Source: an uncultured Veillonellaceae bacterium | GTDB taxonomy: Bacteria > Bacillota > Negativicutes > JARBTT01 | Assembly: GCA_963805085.1 (NCBI GenBank) | Contig: CAWDTA010000003.1 | Coordinates: forward strand, 160,001 to 224,000 | Length of the DNA: 64,000 nucleotides | Reading direction: 5' to 3' | In this document: piece after piece, positions 20,564-31,035 of the stretch | Layout of the letters: the number at the start of each line of letters is the position of its first letter | How positions within the stretch are numbered: position 1 is the first letter of the stretch | Notes under the pieces: model-generated | Database searches by the model: none | Seen by the model: the letters and a program-made list of their open reading frames with translations, nothing else | What the model was told of the DNA's origin: nothing | Position numbers and translations under genes: made by a program

Positions 20564-23500
20564 AATATAGTTTAACAATAACCACAGAGCATCCGATAGT
20601 CAAAGGTCACATGGTTTATGAGGAAAATTTGCTGCCGGGATTGGCCTATATTGATATGCTGTATCATTTGGCGCAAGATAGCGTGGGACTAGATTATAGG
20701 AAGCATTGCTTGAAGCGTTTGACTATTTACACTCCCTTAATCGTGAGAGAAAATCGTCCAGTAAAGCTCGAAATTCTGTTTGATAGGGTATCAGATTATT
20801 GGAAAATTGCAGTTGAGGGGACGGAAACAGACGAGCATGGCGGTCCATTACCGAAAAAATTGTACATCACGGCTGAATTACATGAAGAAACAATACGATT
20901 TGAAGAACAAATAGATATTGAAGCCATAAAACATGCAGCTATGCAGTGCGTGGATATGGAAACGGTGTATGCAAAAGCCAGAAAACTAGGATTGGTTCAC
21001 CAGGGGATGATTAAGGCCAGAGGAAATATCTTTCTGACAGACTTCGGGTGTTTAATTGAAGTTAAAGTGGATGAGGCTTATCACGATGAAGAACCAAAAG
21101 TGCTTTTTCATCCCACCCTCATTGATGGTGCTGCAATGGCAACGGGGATTTTAGAAGGTAAAGACGATAAAGGAAACAATGAAGACCTATACATTCCATT
21201 GTTTTATGAATCATTTATCTCAATAGAACCCCTGCATACCCATTGTTATGCCAGGGTAAAGTCGTCTTCGTTCCGTAGGGTTAATGATGTTTGTACAACA
21301 GATATTGCGTTTTTTAACAAAGCGGGAAAACAGGTTGCGCAGCTAAATGGAATAACTGCAAAACGGATACGTTTTAAGGAACAGATTAACCCGGATTTGA
21401 AAAAAGAAACTGTTTTATCTGCTGTTCAAGGACATTCTGTTTCTGATGAGCCTTATCAATATCAAATCGAGACAACCTCAACGTACATCGAAAGTCTCTT
21501 ACGGAAGATATTTTCTAGGCACCTCAATCAGCCGGCATCTAAGATTGACATAAATTCAGGTTTCTATGAATTTGGTCTAGAATCATCCCAATTAATGGCT
21601 ATAGTGAATGATATTGAAAAATCCTTTAGCTTATCTTTAAGTCCAACTTTGTTGTTTGAAAATAGTAATATTAGAGAATTAGTAGATTGCTTAAAAGTAA
21701 AAAAGAGAGAAAGTGGCTATGGTGCGCATGTTGAATTTGAACCTGTTGAAAAAATGGACGGCGAGTTTGGTTCGTTCGAAGAAAGTAGGAGAGTAACAGA
21801 AAAGGGAAAAGCTGTTCAAGACATTGCCATCATCGGCCTTTCAGGGCGCTACCCTGGGGCGAACAATGTTCAGGAATTTTGGCAAAATCTAAAAGACGGC
21901 AGAGATTCTATTACTGAGATTCCCAAAGATCGCTGGGATCACAGCCTGTACTTCGACGAGGATAAAAGCAAGCAAGGAAAAACATATTGTAAGTGGGGAG
22001 GATTTTTAGAAGGTGTGGATCAATTTGATCCTCTATTCTTCAATATTTCACCGCGAGATGCAGAGATGATGGATCCTATGAACCGTCTTTTTCTGGAAAC
22101 TGTTTGGAATCTACTTGAAAACACAGGATATACACAAGAAATCCTGGAACGCCAATATCAGTCCAGTGTTGGGGTTTACGTCGGCGCAATGTATCAACAA
22201 TATCATTATTTTAATTCAGATCGTATTACAGAATCGGCGATTTCTGTATCTTCCTATAGTTCTATTGCTAATCGTATTTCTTACTTTTTTAACCTACATG
22301 GCCCTAGTGTGGCTGTCGATACTGCGTGTTCTTCTTCGGCCGTTGCTATTCACATGGCCTGCGAAAGTTTGATAAATGGAGAGTGTCAGGTAGCCATTGC
22401 TGGGGGCGTAAATCTTTCCATTCATCCTAATAAATACATAGGCTTAAGCCGGATGCAATTACTTGGTAGCCATCCAAATAGTAGAAGCTTCGGAAATGGG
22501 GATGGATTTCTTCCCGCTGAAGGCGTGGGCGCGGTATTGTTAAAGCCACTCGCTAAAGCAATCAGGGATGGGGATTCCATCTTAGCCGTAATTAAATCGA
22601 CAGCGATCAATCACGGAGGGCGTACTAATGCATTTTGCGTGCCTAATCCTAATGCGCAAGCGCAACTATTCGAAGACAATTTTAAAAAATCCGGGATTGA
22701 TCCCCGGACGATCAGTTATGTTGAAGCCGCTGCCAGTGGAACGGTTTTAGGAGATCCAGTCGAAATCACTGCATTGAATAAAACTTTTAAGAAATTTACA
22801 AACGACCAGCAGTTTTGTGCAATTGGATCGGTCAAATCCAATATTGGGCACGCTGAAGCAGCTTCGGGAATCTCCCAACTTACGAAAGTGATTTTACAGT
22901 TACAACATCGACAAATGGTTCCGACGATCAAAGCGGAACCCCTGAATTCCAATATAAGTTTTGATAACACCCCGTTTTATTTGCAGCGAGAACTTCAGGA
23001 TTGGAAACGCCCTGTGGTAAAAATTGATGGATATGAACAAGAGTTTCCACGACGTGCCACGGTAAGTTCCTTTGGGGCAGGGGGATCAAATGCGCATTTA
23101 ATTATCGAAGAATATGTCCCATTACAAGAAGAATCGCATTATACCCCTTGTTCTTCAAGTACACCTCAGATTGTGGTATTTTCGGCTAAAAACCAGGACC
23201 AATTAGTAGCAGTTGTTGAGCAAATGCTTGATTTTATTGAACTTCAAAAGGATTTTTCCTTACCCGAGCTTGCTTATACGCTTCAAATAGGGCGAGAAGC
23301 GATGGAATCTCGATTAGCAATGATTGTCTGTAATCAAGAAGAGCTAATCCGGGGTATGAAGGAGTATCTCAGCAATAAGGCTGAAGTTTGCATACCTACT
23401 TTTATAGGAGATCAGGAAGGTAATCATTCGAAGTTTATAAGCCTTATAAATCTGCTTTCAGGGAAGGCAGAGCAAGCTGTTTTGCAAGTGTTTTTGGCAG

Positions 23501-24132
23501 AACAGGATTTTGAGAAAATTGCTCTTTATTGGACACAAGGCGGTAAAATTCCTTGGAAATTGTTACATGAAGATCAAAAAGTCCGCAAGATACTTTTGCC
23601 TACCTATCCTTTTGCTCGAGAACACTATTGGATCTCAGAGCAAGGAGAGGAAGATTATCAATCAACTGCTATTCAACCCGCTGTAGGCGGCGAACAGAAG
23701 ATAACCGTTGATCTTAGTAATCCAACACAGAAAAATATTCAGGATTATATTGTGCATTTTTTATCGCAGCAACTGCATCTTGCGCAGGAACAAATCAATG
23801 TAAATAAAAATCTCCAAGACTATGGTGTGGATTCAATTATTGTAATGAAAATTATGCGTGAGTTTGAAGTACGCTTTAAACTCAAAATTACAGGACGAGA
23901 AATGCTGGAACATCAAACAATTAATGCTATGTCGTCTCATCTCACTTTAAAATTAGAAGCGTTGAGTAACCAAGATATTGCTGCAATCAATGTTTTACAC
24001 ACGGAATTTCAGCCGATGGAGTTACTAGCATCACCCGTTGATGAACCAGAAATCGAAGCTTTGGAAAAATTTAAACAAGGGACACTAACTCTTGAGGAAA
24101 TAGAGAGCTTATTAGATAAAGGAGTGATATAG
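20560..24132 (+). CDS. trans-AT PKS: DH-ACP-KS0-ACP
   Basis: ORF 20524..24132; likely GTG start at 20560 overlapping the upstream TGA (GTGA) after GGGGGGA. DH GHMVYEENLLPG; ACP FGLESS; KS with DTACSSS but EAAASGT replacing HGTGT; ACP YGVDSI; C-terminal docking helix (ALEKFKQGTLTLEEIESLL). Confidence 0.94.
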   Translation: MKYSLTITTEHPIVKGHMVYEENLLPGLAYIDMLYHLAQDSVGLDYRKHCLKRLTIYTPLIVRENRPVKLEILFDRVSDYWKIAVEGTETDEHGGPLPKKLYITAELHEETIRFEEQIDIEAIKHAAMQCVDMETVYAKARKLGLVHQGMIKARGNIFLTDFGCLIEVKVDEAYHDEEPKVLFHPTLIDGAAMATGILEGKDDKGNNEDLYIPLFYESFISIEPLHTHCYARVKSSSFRRVNDVCTTDIAFFNKAGKQVAQLNGITAKRIRFKEQINPDLKKETVLSAVQGHSVSDEPYQYQIETTSTYIESLLRKIFSRHLNQPASKIDINSGFYEFGLESSQLMAIVNDIEKSFSLSLSPTLLFENSNIRELVDCLKVKKRESGYGAHVEFEPVEKMDGEFGSFEESRRVTEKGKAVQDIAIIGLSGRYPGANNVQEFWQNLKDGRDSITEIPKDRWDHSLYFDEDKSKQGKTYCKWGGFLEGVDQFDPLFFNISPRDAEMMDPMNRLFLETVWNLLENTGYTQEILERQYQSSVGVYVGAMYQQYHYFNSDRITESAISVSSYSSIANRISYFFNLHGPSVAVDTACSSSAVAIHMACESLINGECQVAIAGGVNLSIHPNKYIGLSRMQLLGSHPNSRSFGNGDGFLPAEGVGAVLLKPLAKAIRDGDSILAVIKSTAINHGGRTNAFCVPNPNAQAQLFEDNFKKSGIDPRTISYVEAAASGTVLGDPVEITALNKTFKKFTNDQQFCAIGSVKSNIGHAEAASGISQLTKVILQLQHRQMVPTIKAEPLNSNISFDNTPFYLQRELQDWKRPVVKIDGYEQEFPRRATVSSFGAGGSNAHLIIEEYVPLQEESHYTPCSSSTPQIVVFSAKNQDQLVAVVEQMLDFIELQKDFSLPELAYTLQIGREAMESRLAMIVCNQEELIRGMKEYLSNKAEVCIPTFIGDQEGNHSKFISLINLLSGKAEQAVLQVFLAEQDFEKIALYWTQGGKIPWKLLHEDQKVRKILLPTYPFAREHYWISEQGEEDYQSTAIQPAVGGEQKITVDLSNPTQKNIQDYIVHFLSQQLHLAQEQINVNKNLQDYGVDSIIVMKIMREFEVRFKLKITGREMLEHQTINAMSSHLTLKLEALSNQDIAAINVLHTEFQPMELLASPVDEPEIEALEKFKQGTLTLEEIESLLDKGVI

Positions 24133-24133
24133 T

Positions 24134-27100
24134 ATGACGCGAAAAGAACTTCTCATCGCATATAAAGAAGGTAAGCTATCGACAGCTGAATTACAGGAAC
24201 AACTTCATGTGCTCAAAGAGCAATCTAACAAGAATCCTCTTTCCGAAGGCCAAAAAGGCTTGTGGATGTTGCAAAAAGTTTCACCTGAAATGAGTGCTTA
24301 TAATATTCCTTTATGCTTCCGTATTGATCAGAAACTGGATATCGAGAAGTTCAAGCAAGCCTGTAGTTTTATTCTGCAGAAGTATCCCATTCTTACAAGT
24401 GTATTTGGTGAAGATGATGGGATTCCTTACCAAATGATTCAGCCATCACAGCCGCTTGGCTGGCAGCAAGAAGATATTTCGACGCTTGAAGCTGACAAAA
24501 TTCTCCCGTATCTCAGGGAAAAAGCCAAAGAACCATTTTCACTCGAACGCGGCTCTTTAATGCGGATTCAGCTTTTGTCACGGTCTGAACAAGAACACAT
24601 TGTACTCATTGTCATTCACCATATTGTCTTTGATGGCACTTCTTCCTTGATTTTAGTTAAATCTCTACTAGAAGCATATCGAGACCTTGGTGATGGGAAG
24701 GGGGTGGAAGCAAAACCTTTCTCGACAAGCTTCAATGACTTTGTCGAATGGGAACAAGCAATGCTATCAAGTGCGGAAGGCGAAGCGCATCGTGATTACT
24801 GGAGAAAGCAATTATCTGGAACCTTACCAATATTGGAACTTCCTACAGATCGGCCTCGTCTTTCCTCACAAGGCTCAGAAGGCAAAACCTATACAAGCTT
24901 GCTTTCGCCTGAATTGACGAAACAAATAAAAACCTTTGCGCAAACCCAGAATATGAATTTGTCTATTATTTTATTAGGCATTTATAAAGTATTGCTGTAT
25001 CGCTATACAGATCTAGAGGATATTATCGTAGGAATGCCGACATTAGGACGTCCAGAAGAAAGATTTGACTCACAGATCGGCTATTTTGTGAACATGTTGC
25101 CGGTACGAAGTCAGATAAGGGATGAGCAATGCTTTTCTAAATTTATCAAAGAATTACAGCTAAATGTGATTGACGGATTGGATCATGCAGTGTATCCATT
25201 TCCCGCTATAGTCAGGGAATTAAATGTATCCCGCGAGACGAATTCGCCTGTTTTTCAAACAGCTTTTATTTACCAGAATTTTCTCCAATCAACAAGTTTA
25301 AAAACAACCGATGGTCAGGGGCAAAATTCGCTTCACATAGAGTTTATGGAGGATATTCATCAGGAAGGAGAGTTTGAGTTTGCGTTAGAAATTTTTGATA
25401 TGGACGACCATTTTACTTTAAATATCAAATATGATCCTGCTTTATATGATCATTCGACGATTAAACGAATGCTGGGGCACTATGTTAATTTAGCCGAAGA
25501 AGTTGTGAACGATCCAAACTTGCCCCTAGGAGAATATTCTTTAATATCAAGAGAGGAGCAAGCTACGATACTTAGTGACTGGAATGCGACTCAGGCGGAT
25601 TATCCAAAGGATCATACCATCCATCAACTTTTTGAAGAACAAGTAGAGAGAGCACCGGATAATACAGCAGTGGTATTTGAAGAAAGCAGCCTTACCTACA
25701 GACAGCTAAATAATAAAGCCAACCAACTTGCGAGAGTACTGCGAGAAAAAGGTGTGACACCCAATAGTATAGTTGCCATAATGGTAGAGCGATCTTTCAC
25801 GATGGTTATCGCTATCTTGGGAATCTTAAAAGCGGGCGGGGCATATTTGCCAATCGACCCTGAATATCCGGAAGATAGAATCAAGTTTATGCTGGAAGAT
25901 AGCCAGGCAGAAATCTTATTAACTCAGAGCCATCTAAAAGAAAAGAATGAATTTGACCTAGAAGTAATCGACTTGGATAACGAAGCCGTATATACCGTCG
26001 CAGATACTAATGTGGAGATTGTCAATCAGCCAAATGACTTGGCGTATGTAATCTATACATCGGGCTCTACTGGTAAACCGAAGGGAGCCATGATTGAGCA
26101 TAAAAATGTAGTACGGTTGATGTTTAATGACAAAATGCAGTTTGATTTCAGTCAAGCCGATGTGTGGACTATGTTTCATTCCTATTGTTTTGACTTTTCC
26201 GTATGGGAAATGTATGGTGCTTTATTATACGGAGGAAAGTTAATCATTGTGTCTAAGATGATGTCTCGAGACACTAGAGAATATTTATTGCTTTTAAAGC
26301 GGGAAAAGGTAACAGTATTAAACCAAACTCCCACCGCATTTTATAACTTAATTGCTGAAGAAATAAAATGTTCGGATCGGCAACTCAACATAAGGTATGT
26401 AATATTTGGCGGTGAGGCGTTAAAGCCGGGGAAATTAAAAGATTGGAACATAAAATATCCCAAGACTGAATTAATCAACATGTATGGAATAACGGAGACA
26501 ACCGTTCATGTAACTTATAAAAAGATAACTCAGTACGAAATAAGTTTAAATATCAGTAATATCGGGAGACCCATACCAACATTAACAACCTATATCATGA
26601 GCAAAAATATGAAGTTACAACCGATAGGAGTTATAGGAGAGTTATGTGTCGGAGGAGATGGATTAGGACGGGGTTATATAAAACGCCCCGAATTGACAAC
26701 CAAAAAGTTTATTCAAAGTCCATACTGCTCCAAGGAAATAATTTATAAATCTGGAGATTTGGCTCGGTATTTACCAAATGGTGAACTTGAATATTTAGGT
26801 CGAATCGACCATCAAGTCAAGATCAGAGGGTTCAGAATTGAATTGGGAGAGATCGAAAGTCGGTTATTAAAGCACGAAACAATTAAAGAAACGATAGTGG
26901 TAGACAAAGAGGATGATTACGGAAATAAATACCTATGCGCGTATATTGTCGGCGATAGGGAGCTTAACGTGAACGAATTACGAAATTACCTGTTGCAAGA
27001 GCTGCCGGAGTATATGATTCCCTCATATTTTATCCCATTAGAAAAAATACCGCTAACATCGAATAGCAAAGTAGATAGAAAAATGTTGCCTGATCCAGAT

Positions 27101-27478
27101 GGCAGCATGATCACTGGTGAAGAATACGAAGCTCCAAGAAATGAGATAGAAAAAAGACTTGCACAAATATGGCAGGAAGTATTGGAAGTTAAAAATATCG
27201 GCATAAATGATAATTTCTTTGCCTTAGGCGGAGACTCAATAAAAGCAATTCAAGTGTTAACGAGGCTTCAGAGTTTTAAACTGAAATTGGACGCCAAAAC
27301 TTTATTGACGAAGCCTGTAATAAAAGAATTGAGTAAATATGTAATACGTATTGAGCAGTATATAACAAACGAAGAAGTACAAATTACATCAAGCGATACT
27401 ATTGCCCAAAGAATTGGCTTAGAAGAGTTTGACAAAATATTAAAGGAATATCAATCTAATTTAGATGAAAAAATTTAG
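24134..27478 (+). CDS. single-module NRPS C-A-T, predicted L-Thr-activating
   Basis: C motif HHIVFDG; A motifs YTSGSTGKPKG and YKSGDL; pocket residues read as DFWNIGMV (canonical Thr code); T motif LGGDSI. Confidence 0.95.
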   Translation: MTRKELLIAYKEGKLSTAELQEQLHVLKEQSNKNPLSEGQKGLWMLQKVSPEMSAYNIPLCFRIDQKLDIEKFKQACSFILQKYPILTSVFGEDDGIPYQMIQPSQPLGWQQEDISTLEADKILPYLREKAKEPFSLERGSLMRIQLLSRSEQEHIVLIVIHHIVFDGTSSLILVKSLLEAYRDLGDGKGVEAKPFSTSFNDFVEWEQAMLSSAEGEAHRDYWRKQLSGTLPILELPTDRPRLSSQGSEGKTYTSLLSPELTKQIKTFAQTQNMNLSIILLGIYKVLLYRYTDLEDIIVGMPTLGRPEERFDSQIGYFVNMLPVRSQIRDEQCFSKFIKELQLNVIDGLDHAVYPFPAIVRELNVSRETNSPVFQTAFIYQNFLQSTSLKTTDGQGQNSLHIEFMEDIHQEGEFEFALEIFDMDDHFTLNIKYDPALYDHSTIKRMLGHYVNLAEEVVNDPNLPLGEYSLISREEQATILSDWNATQADYPKDHTIHQLFEEQVERAPDNTAVVFEESSLTYRQLNNKANQLARVLREKGVTPNSIVAIMVERSFTMVIAILGILKAGGAYLPIDPEYPEDRIKFMLEDSQAEILLTQSHLKEKNEFDLEVIDLDNEAVYTVADTNVEIVNQPNDLAYVIYTSGSTGKPKGAMIEHKNVVRLMFNDKMQFDFSQADVWTMFHSYCFDFSVWEMYGALLYGGKLIIVSKMMSRDTREYLLLLKREKVTVLNQTPTAFYNLIAEEIKCSDRQLNIRYVIFGGEALKPGKLKDWNIKYPKTELINMYGITETTVHVTYKKITQYEISLNISNIGRPIPTLTTYIMSKNMKLQPIGVIGELCVGGDGLGRGYIKRPELTTKKFIQSPYCSKEIIYKSGDLARYLPNGELEYLGRIDHQVKIRGFRIELGEIESRLLKHETIKETIVVDKEDDYGNKYLCAYIVGDRELNVNELRNYLLQELPEYMIPSYFIPLEKIPLTSNSKVDRKMLPDPDGSMITGEEYEAPRNEIEKRLAQIWQEVLEVKNIGINDNFFALGGDSIKAIQVLTRLQSFKLKLDAKTLLTKPVIKELSKYVIRIEQYITNEEVQITSSDTIAQRIGLEEFDKILKEYQSNLDEKI

Positions 27479-27479
27479 T

Positions 27480-27545
27480 GGGAGGATGATCAAGTTGGAT
27501 AAAAATAATATTAAAGATGTCCCCTATATAGCAGGTGTATTATAG
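27480..27545 (+). pseudogene. decayed relic of the 5' end of the NRPS-PKS gene at 31036
   Basis: 27480-27518 is identical to 31030-31068 (RBS plus MIKLDKNNIKD). It is followed by an 11-nt deletion and degenerate sequence, with a stop after 19 codons. Confidence 0.85.
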
Positions 27546-27669
27546 TATTAACTCAAAATAATGAGTTTAACAGGAGTGATAAGAACGTTTAACTGATTGA
27601 CTCAATTCGATTAACTAATTACTGAGTTCAATATTTGAACTTAAATATATTTATAGGGAGTGATATAGT

Positions 27670-30600
27670 ATGACGCGAAAAGAACTTCTCATCGCATATA
27701 AAGAAGGTAAGCTATCGACAGCTGAATTACAGGAACAACTTCATGTGCTCAAAGAGCAATCTAACAAGAATCCTCTTTCCGAAGGCCAAAAAGGCTTGTG
27801 GATGTTGCAAAAAGTTTCACCTGAAATGAGTGCTTATAATATTCCTTTATGCTTCCGTATTGATCAGAAACTGGATATCGAGAAGTTCAAGCAAGCCTGT
27901 AGTTTTATTCTGCAGAAGTATCCCATTCTTACAAGTGTATTTGGTGAAGATGATGGGGTTCCTTACCAAATGATTCAGCCATCACAGCCGCTTGGCTGGC
28001 AGCAAGAAGATATTTCGACGCTTGAAGCTGACAAAATTCTCCCGTATCTCAGGGAAAAAGCCAAAGAACCATTTTCACTCGAACGCGGCTCTTTAATGCG
28101 GATTCAGCTTTTGTCACGGTCCGAGCAAGAACACATTGTACTCATTGTCATTCACCATATTGTCTTTGATGGCACTTCCTCCTTGATTTTAGTTAAATCT
28201 CTACTAGAAGCATATCGAGACCTTGGTGATGGGAAGGGGGTGGAAGCAAAACCTTTCTCGACAAGCTTCAATGACTTTGTCGAATGGGAACAAGCAATGC
28301 TATCAAGTGCGGAAGGCGAAGCGCATCGTGATTACTGGAGAAAGCAATTATCTGGAACCTTACCAATATTGGAACTTCCTACAGATCGGCCTCGTCTTTC
28401 CTCACAAGGCTCAGAAGGCAAAACCTATACAAGCTTGCTTTCGCCTGAATTGACGAAACAAATAAAAACCTTTGCACAAACCCAGAATATGAATTTGTCT
28501 ATTATTTTATTAGGCATTTATAAAGTATTGCTGTATCGCTATACAGATCTAGAGGATGTTATCGTAGGAATGCCGACATTAGGACGTCCAGAAGAAAGAT
28601 TTGACTCACAGATCGGCTATTTTGTGAACATGTTGCCGGTACGAAGTCAGATAAGGGATGAGCAATGCTTTTCTAAATTTATCAAAGAATTACAGCTAAA
28701 TGTGATTGACGGATTGGATCATGCAGTGTATCCATTTCCCGTTATAGTCCGGGAATTAAATGTATCCCGCGAGACGAATTCACCTGTTTTTCAAACAGCT
28801 TTTATTTACCAAAATTTTCTCCAATCAACAAGTTTAAAAACAACCGATGGTCAGGGGCAAAATTCGCTTCACATAGAGTTTATGGAGGATATTCATCAGG
28901 AAGGAGAGTTTGAGTTTGCGTTAGAAATTTTTGATATGGACGACCATTTTACTTTAAATATCAAATATGATCCTGCTTTATATGATCATTCGACGATTAA
29001 ACGAATGCTGGGGCACTATGTTAATTTAGCCGAAGAAGTTGTGAACGATCCAAACTTGCCCCTAGGAGAATATTCTTTAATATCAAGAGAGGAGCAAACT
29101 ACGATACTTAGTGACTGGAATGCGACTCAGGCGGATTATCCAAAGGATCATACCATCCATCAACTTTTTGAAGAACAAGTAGAGAGAGCACCGGATAATA
29201 CAGCAGTGGTATTTGAAGAAAGCAGCCTTACCTACAGACAGCTAAATAATAAAGCCAACCAACTTGCGAGAGTACTGCGAGAAAAAGGTGTGACACCCAA
29301 TAGTATAGTCGCCATAATGGTAGAGCGATCTTTAGAAATGATCATAGGGATTATGGGCATTGTCAAGGCAGGGGGCGCATATTTGCCGATAAGTCCTGAC
29401 AATCCGGAAGAGCGAATAACATATATGTTGAAAGATAGCGAAGCAAAAATTGTGCTCACGCAAAATCGTTTTATTCATAAAGCTCATTTTGATGGTTTAA
29501 CGATAGATTTAGAAGGAAACGGCCTATATGTAGGAAAGAAAGGAAACCTGAAAAAAGTAAATTCACCTAGAGATATCGCATATGTAATATATACATCTGG
29601 TTCAACTGGCAAACCAAAGGGAGTGTTGATAGAACATCGTTCACTAATAAATAGACTAAATTGGATGCAGAAAAGTTATTCCATCGGAGAAAGCGATACG
29701 ATATTGCAAAAGACACCATATACCTTTGATGTATCGGTGTGGGAACTATTCTGGTGGTCTTTACAGGGGTCAAGGGTATGCTTTTTAAAACCGGGGGATG
29801 AAAAGGATCCTAGTAAAATTGTGGATGAAATAGAGAAAAACAATATAACAACTATGCATTTTGTACCTTCCATGCTAAATGCATTTTTGGAATATATGGA
29901 AGCATGCATAGACGTAAAAAGGCTTTCAAGTTTGAGACAGGTATTTGCAAGTGGAGAAGCCCTTTCCTTGCAACAAGTAAAACGCTTTAACAAATTACTT
30001 AAAGAAAGGAACAATACCAAGCTGTTCAATTTATATGGACCAACGGAAGCGACGATTGATGTATCCTATTTCGACTGTTCATCAGGAGAAGCGTTACATA
30101 TTATACCTATTGGCAAGGCAATAGACAATACTAGGCTTTATGTGCTGGATAAGAACAGAAGGCTGCAACCTGTGGGAATAACAGGAGAATTATATATAGC
30201 TGGGGATGGACTGGCAAGAGGATATCTAAACAGACCGGAGCTAACGACAGAAAAGTTTGTGCCTGATCCCTTTGTACCTGGAGAGAGAATGTATTTAACG
30301 GGCGACCTTGCAAGATGGCTGCCTGATGGGAATATAGAATATTTGGGAAGAATAGACCATCAGGTAAAAATTAGAGGTTTGAGAATCGAGTTGGGTGAAA
30401 TTGAAAACCGGCTCCAAAGCCATGCAGCAATAAAAGAAGCGGTAGTAGTAATAAAAGAAGGAAAAGAAGGAAGTAAATATCTTTGCGGATATATTACTGC
30501 CCAAGAAAAGCTTGACATCGGTGAGATAAAAAATTATCTGTCTAAGGAATTGCCAGAGTATATGGTCCCTAACTATATTATCCAGCTAAAAAGAATACCA

Positions 30601-31017
30601 CTTATATCTAGCGGTAAAGTAGATAGAAAAATGCTACCAGAGCCGGATGGCAGCATAATAGCAGATACGAAATATGAAGCACCCAGAAATGATGTAGAAA
30701 AAATACTTATTGAAATATGGCAAGAAGTGTTAGAAATTAAAAATATAGGCATAAATAATGATTTCTTTGCTTTAGGAGGAGATTCTATAAAAGCGATACA
30801 AGTGTTAGCGAGGCTCCAGAGATTTAAGTTGAAATTGGACGCCAAAACTTTATTGACGAATCCTGTAATAAAGGAATTGAGTAAATATGTAATACATGTC
30901 GAGCCTTGCATAAGAAAAGAAAAAGTACAAATTGCAATAAGCGATACTATTGCCAAAAGAATTGACCAAGATGAGTTCGACAAAATATTAAAGGAATATC
31001 AAGATAATTTAGCATGA
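27670..31017 (+). CDS. single-module NRPS C-A-T, predicted L-Ser-activating (paralog of 24134..27478)
   Basis: First ~1660 bp near-identical to the preceding gene; the A core differs, with pocket DVWHFSLI (canonical Ser code); T motif LGGDSI. Confidence 0.95.
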   Translation: MTRKELLIAYKEGKLSTAELQEQLHVLKEQSNKNPLSEGQKGLWMLQKVSPEMSAYNIPLCFRIDQKLDIEKFKQACSFILQKYPILTSVFGEDDGVPYQMIQPSQPLGWQQEDISTLEADKILPYLREKAKEPFSLERGSLMRIQLLSRSEQEHIVLIVIHHIVFDGTSSLILVKSLLEAYRDLGDGKGVEAKPFSTSFNDFVEWEQAMLSSAEGEAHRDYWRKQLSGTLPILELPTDRPRLSSQGSEGKTYTSLLSPELTKQIKTFAQTQNMNLSIILLGIYKVLLYRYTDLEDVIVGMPTLGRPEERFDSQIGYFVNMLPVRSQIRDEQCFSKFIKELQLNVIDGLDHAVYPFPVIVRELNVSRETNSPVFQTAFIYQNFLQSTSLKTTDGQGQNSLHIEFMEDIHQEGEFEFALEIFDMDDHFTLNIKYDPALYDHSTIKRMLGHYVNLAEEVVNDPNLPLGEYSLISREEQTTILSDWNATQADYPKDHTIHQLFEEQVERAPDNTAVVFEESSLTYRQLNNKANQLARVLREKGVTPNSIVAIMVERSLEMIIGIMGIVKAGGAYLPISPDNPEERITYMLKDSEAKIVLTQNRFIHKAHFDGLTIDLEGNGLYVGKKGNLKKVNSPRDIAYVIYTSGSTGKPKGVLIEHRSLINRLNWMQKSYSIGESDTILQKTPYTFDVSVWELFWWSLQGSRVCFLKPGDEKDPSKIVDEIEKNNITTMHFVPSMLNAFLEYMEACIDVKRLSSLRQVFASGEALSLQQVKRFNKLLKERNNTKLFNLYGPTEATIDVSYFDCSSGEALHIIPIGKAIDNTRLYVLDKNRRLQPVGITGELYIAGDGLARGYLNRPELTTEKFVPDPFVPGERMYLTGDLARWLPDGNIEYLGRIDHQVKIRGLRIELGEIENRLQSHAAIKEAVVVIKEGKEGSKYLCGYITAQEKLDIGEIKNYLSKELPEYMVPNYIIQLKRIPLISSGKVDRKMLPEPDGSIIADTKYEAPRNDVEKILIEIWQEVLEIKNIGINNDFFALGGDSIKAIQVLARLQRFKLKLDAKTLLTNPVIKELSKYVIHVEPCIRKEKVQIAISDTIAKRIDQDEFDKILKEYQDNLA

Positions 31018-31035
31018 AAAAAAATAAAAGGGAGG

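Noticed and set aside
27597-27625. Internal sigma-A promoter before the Ser NRPS gene (TTGACT)
   Set aside because: The hexamer at 17-bp spacing is TACTGA, a poor -10 match, so it is not supportable.
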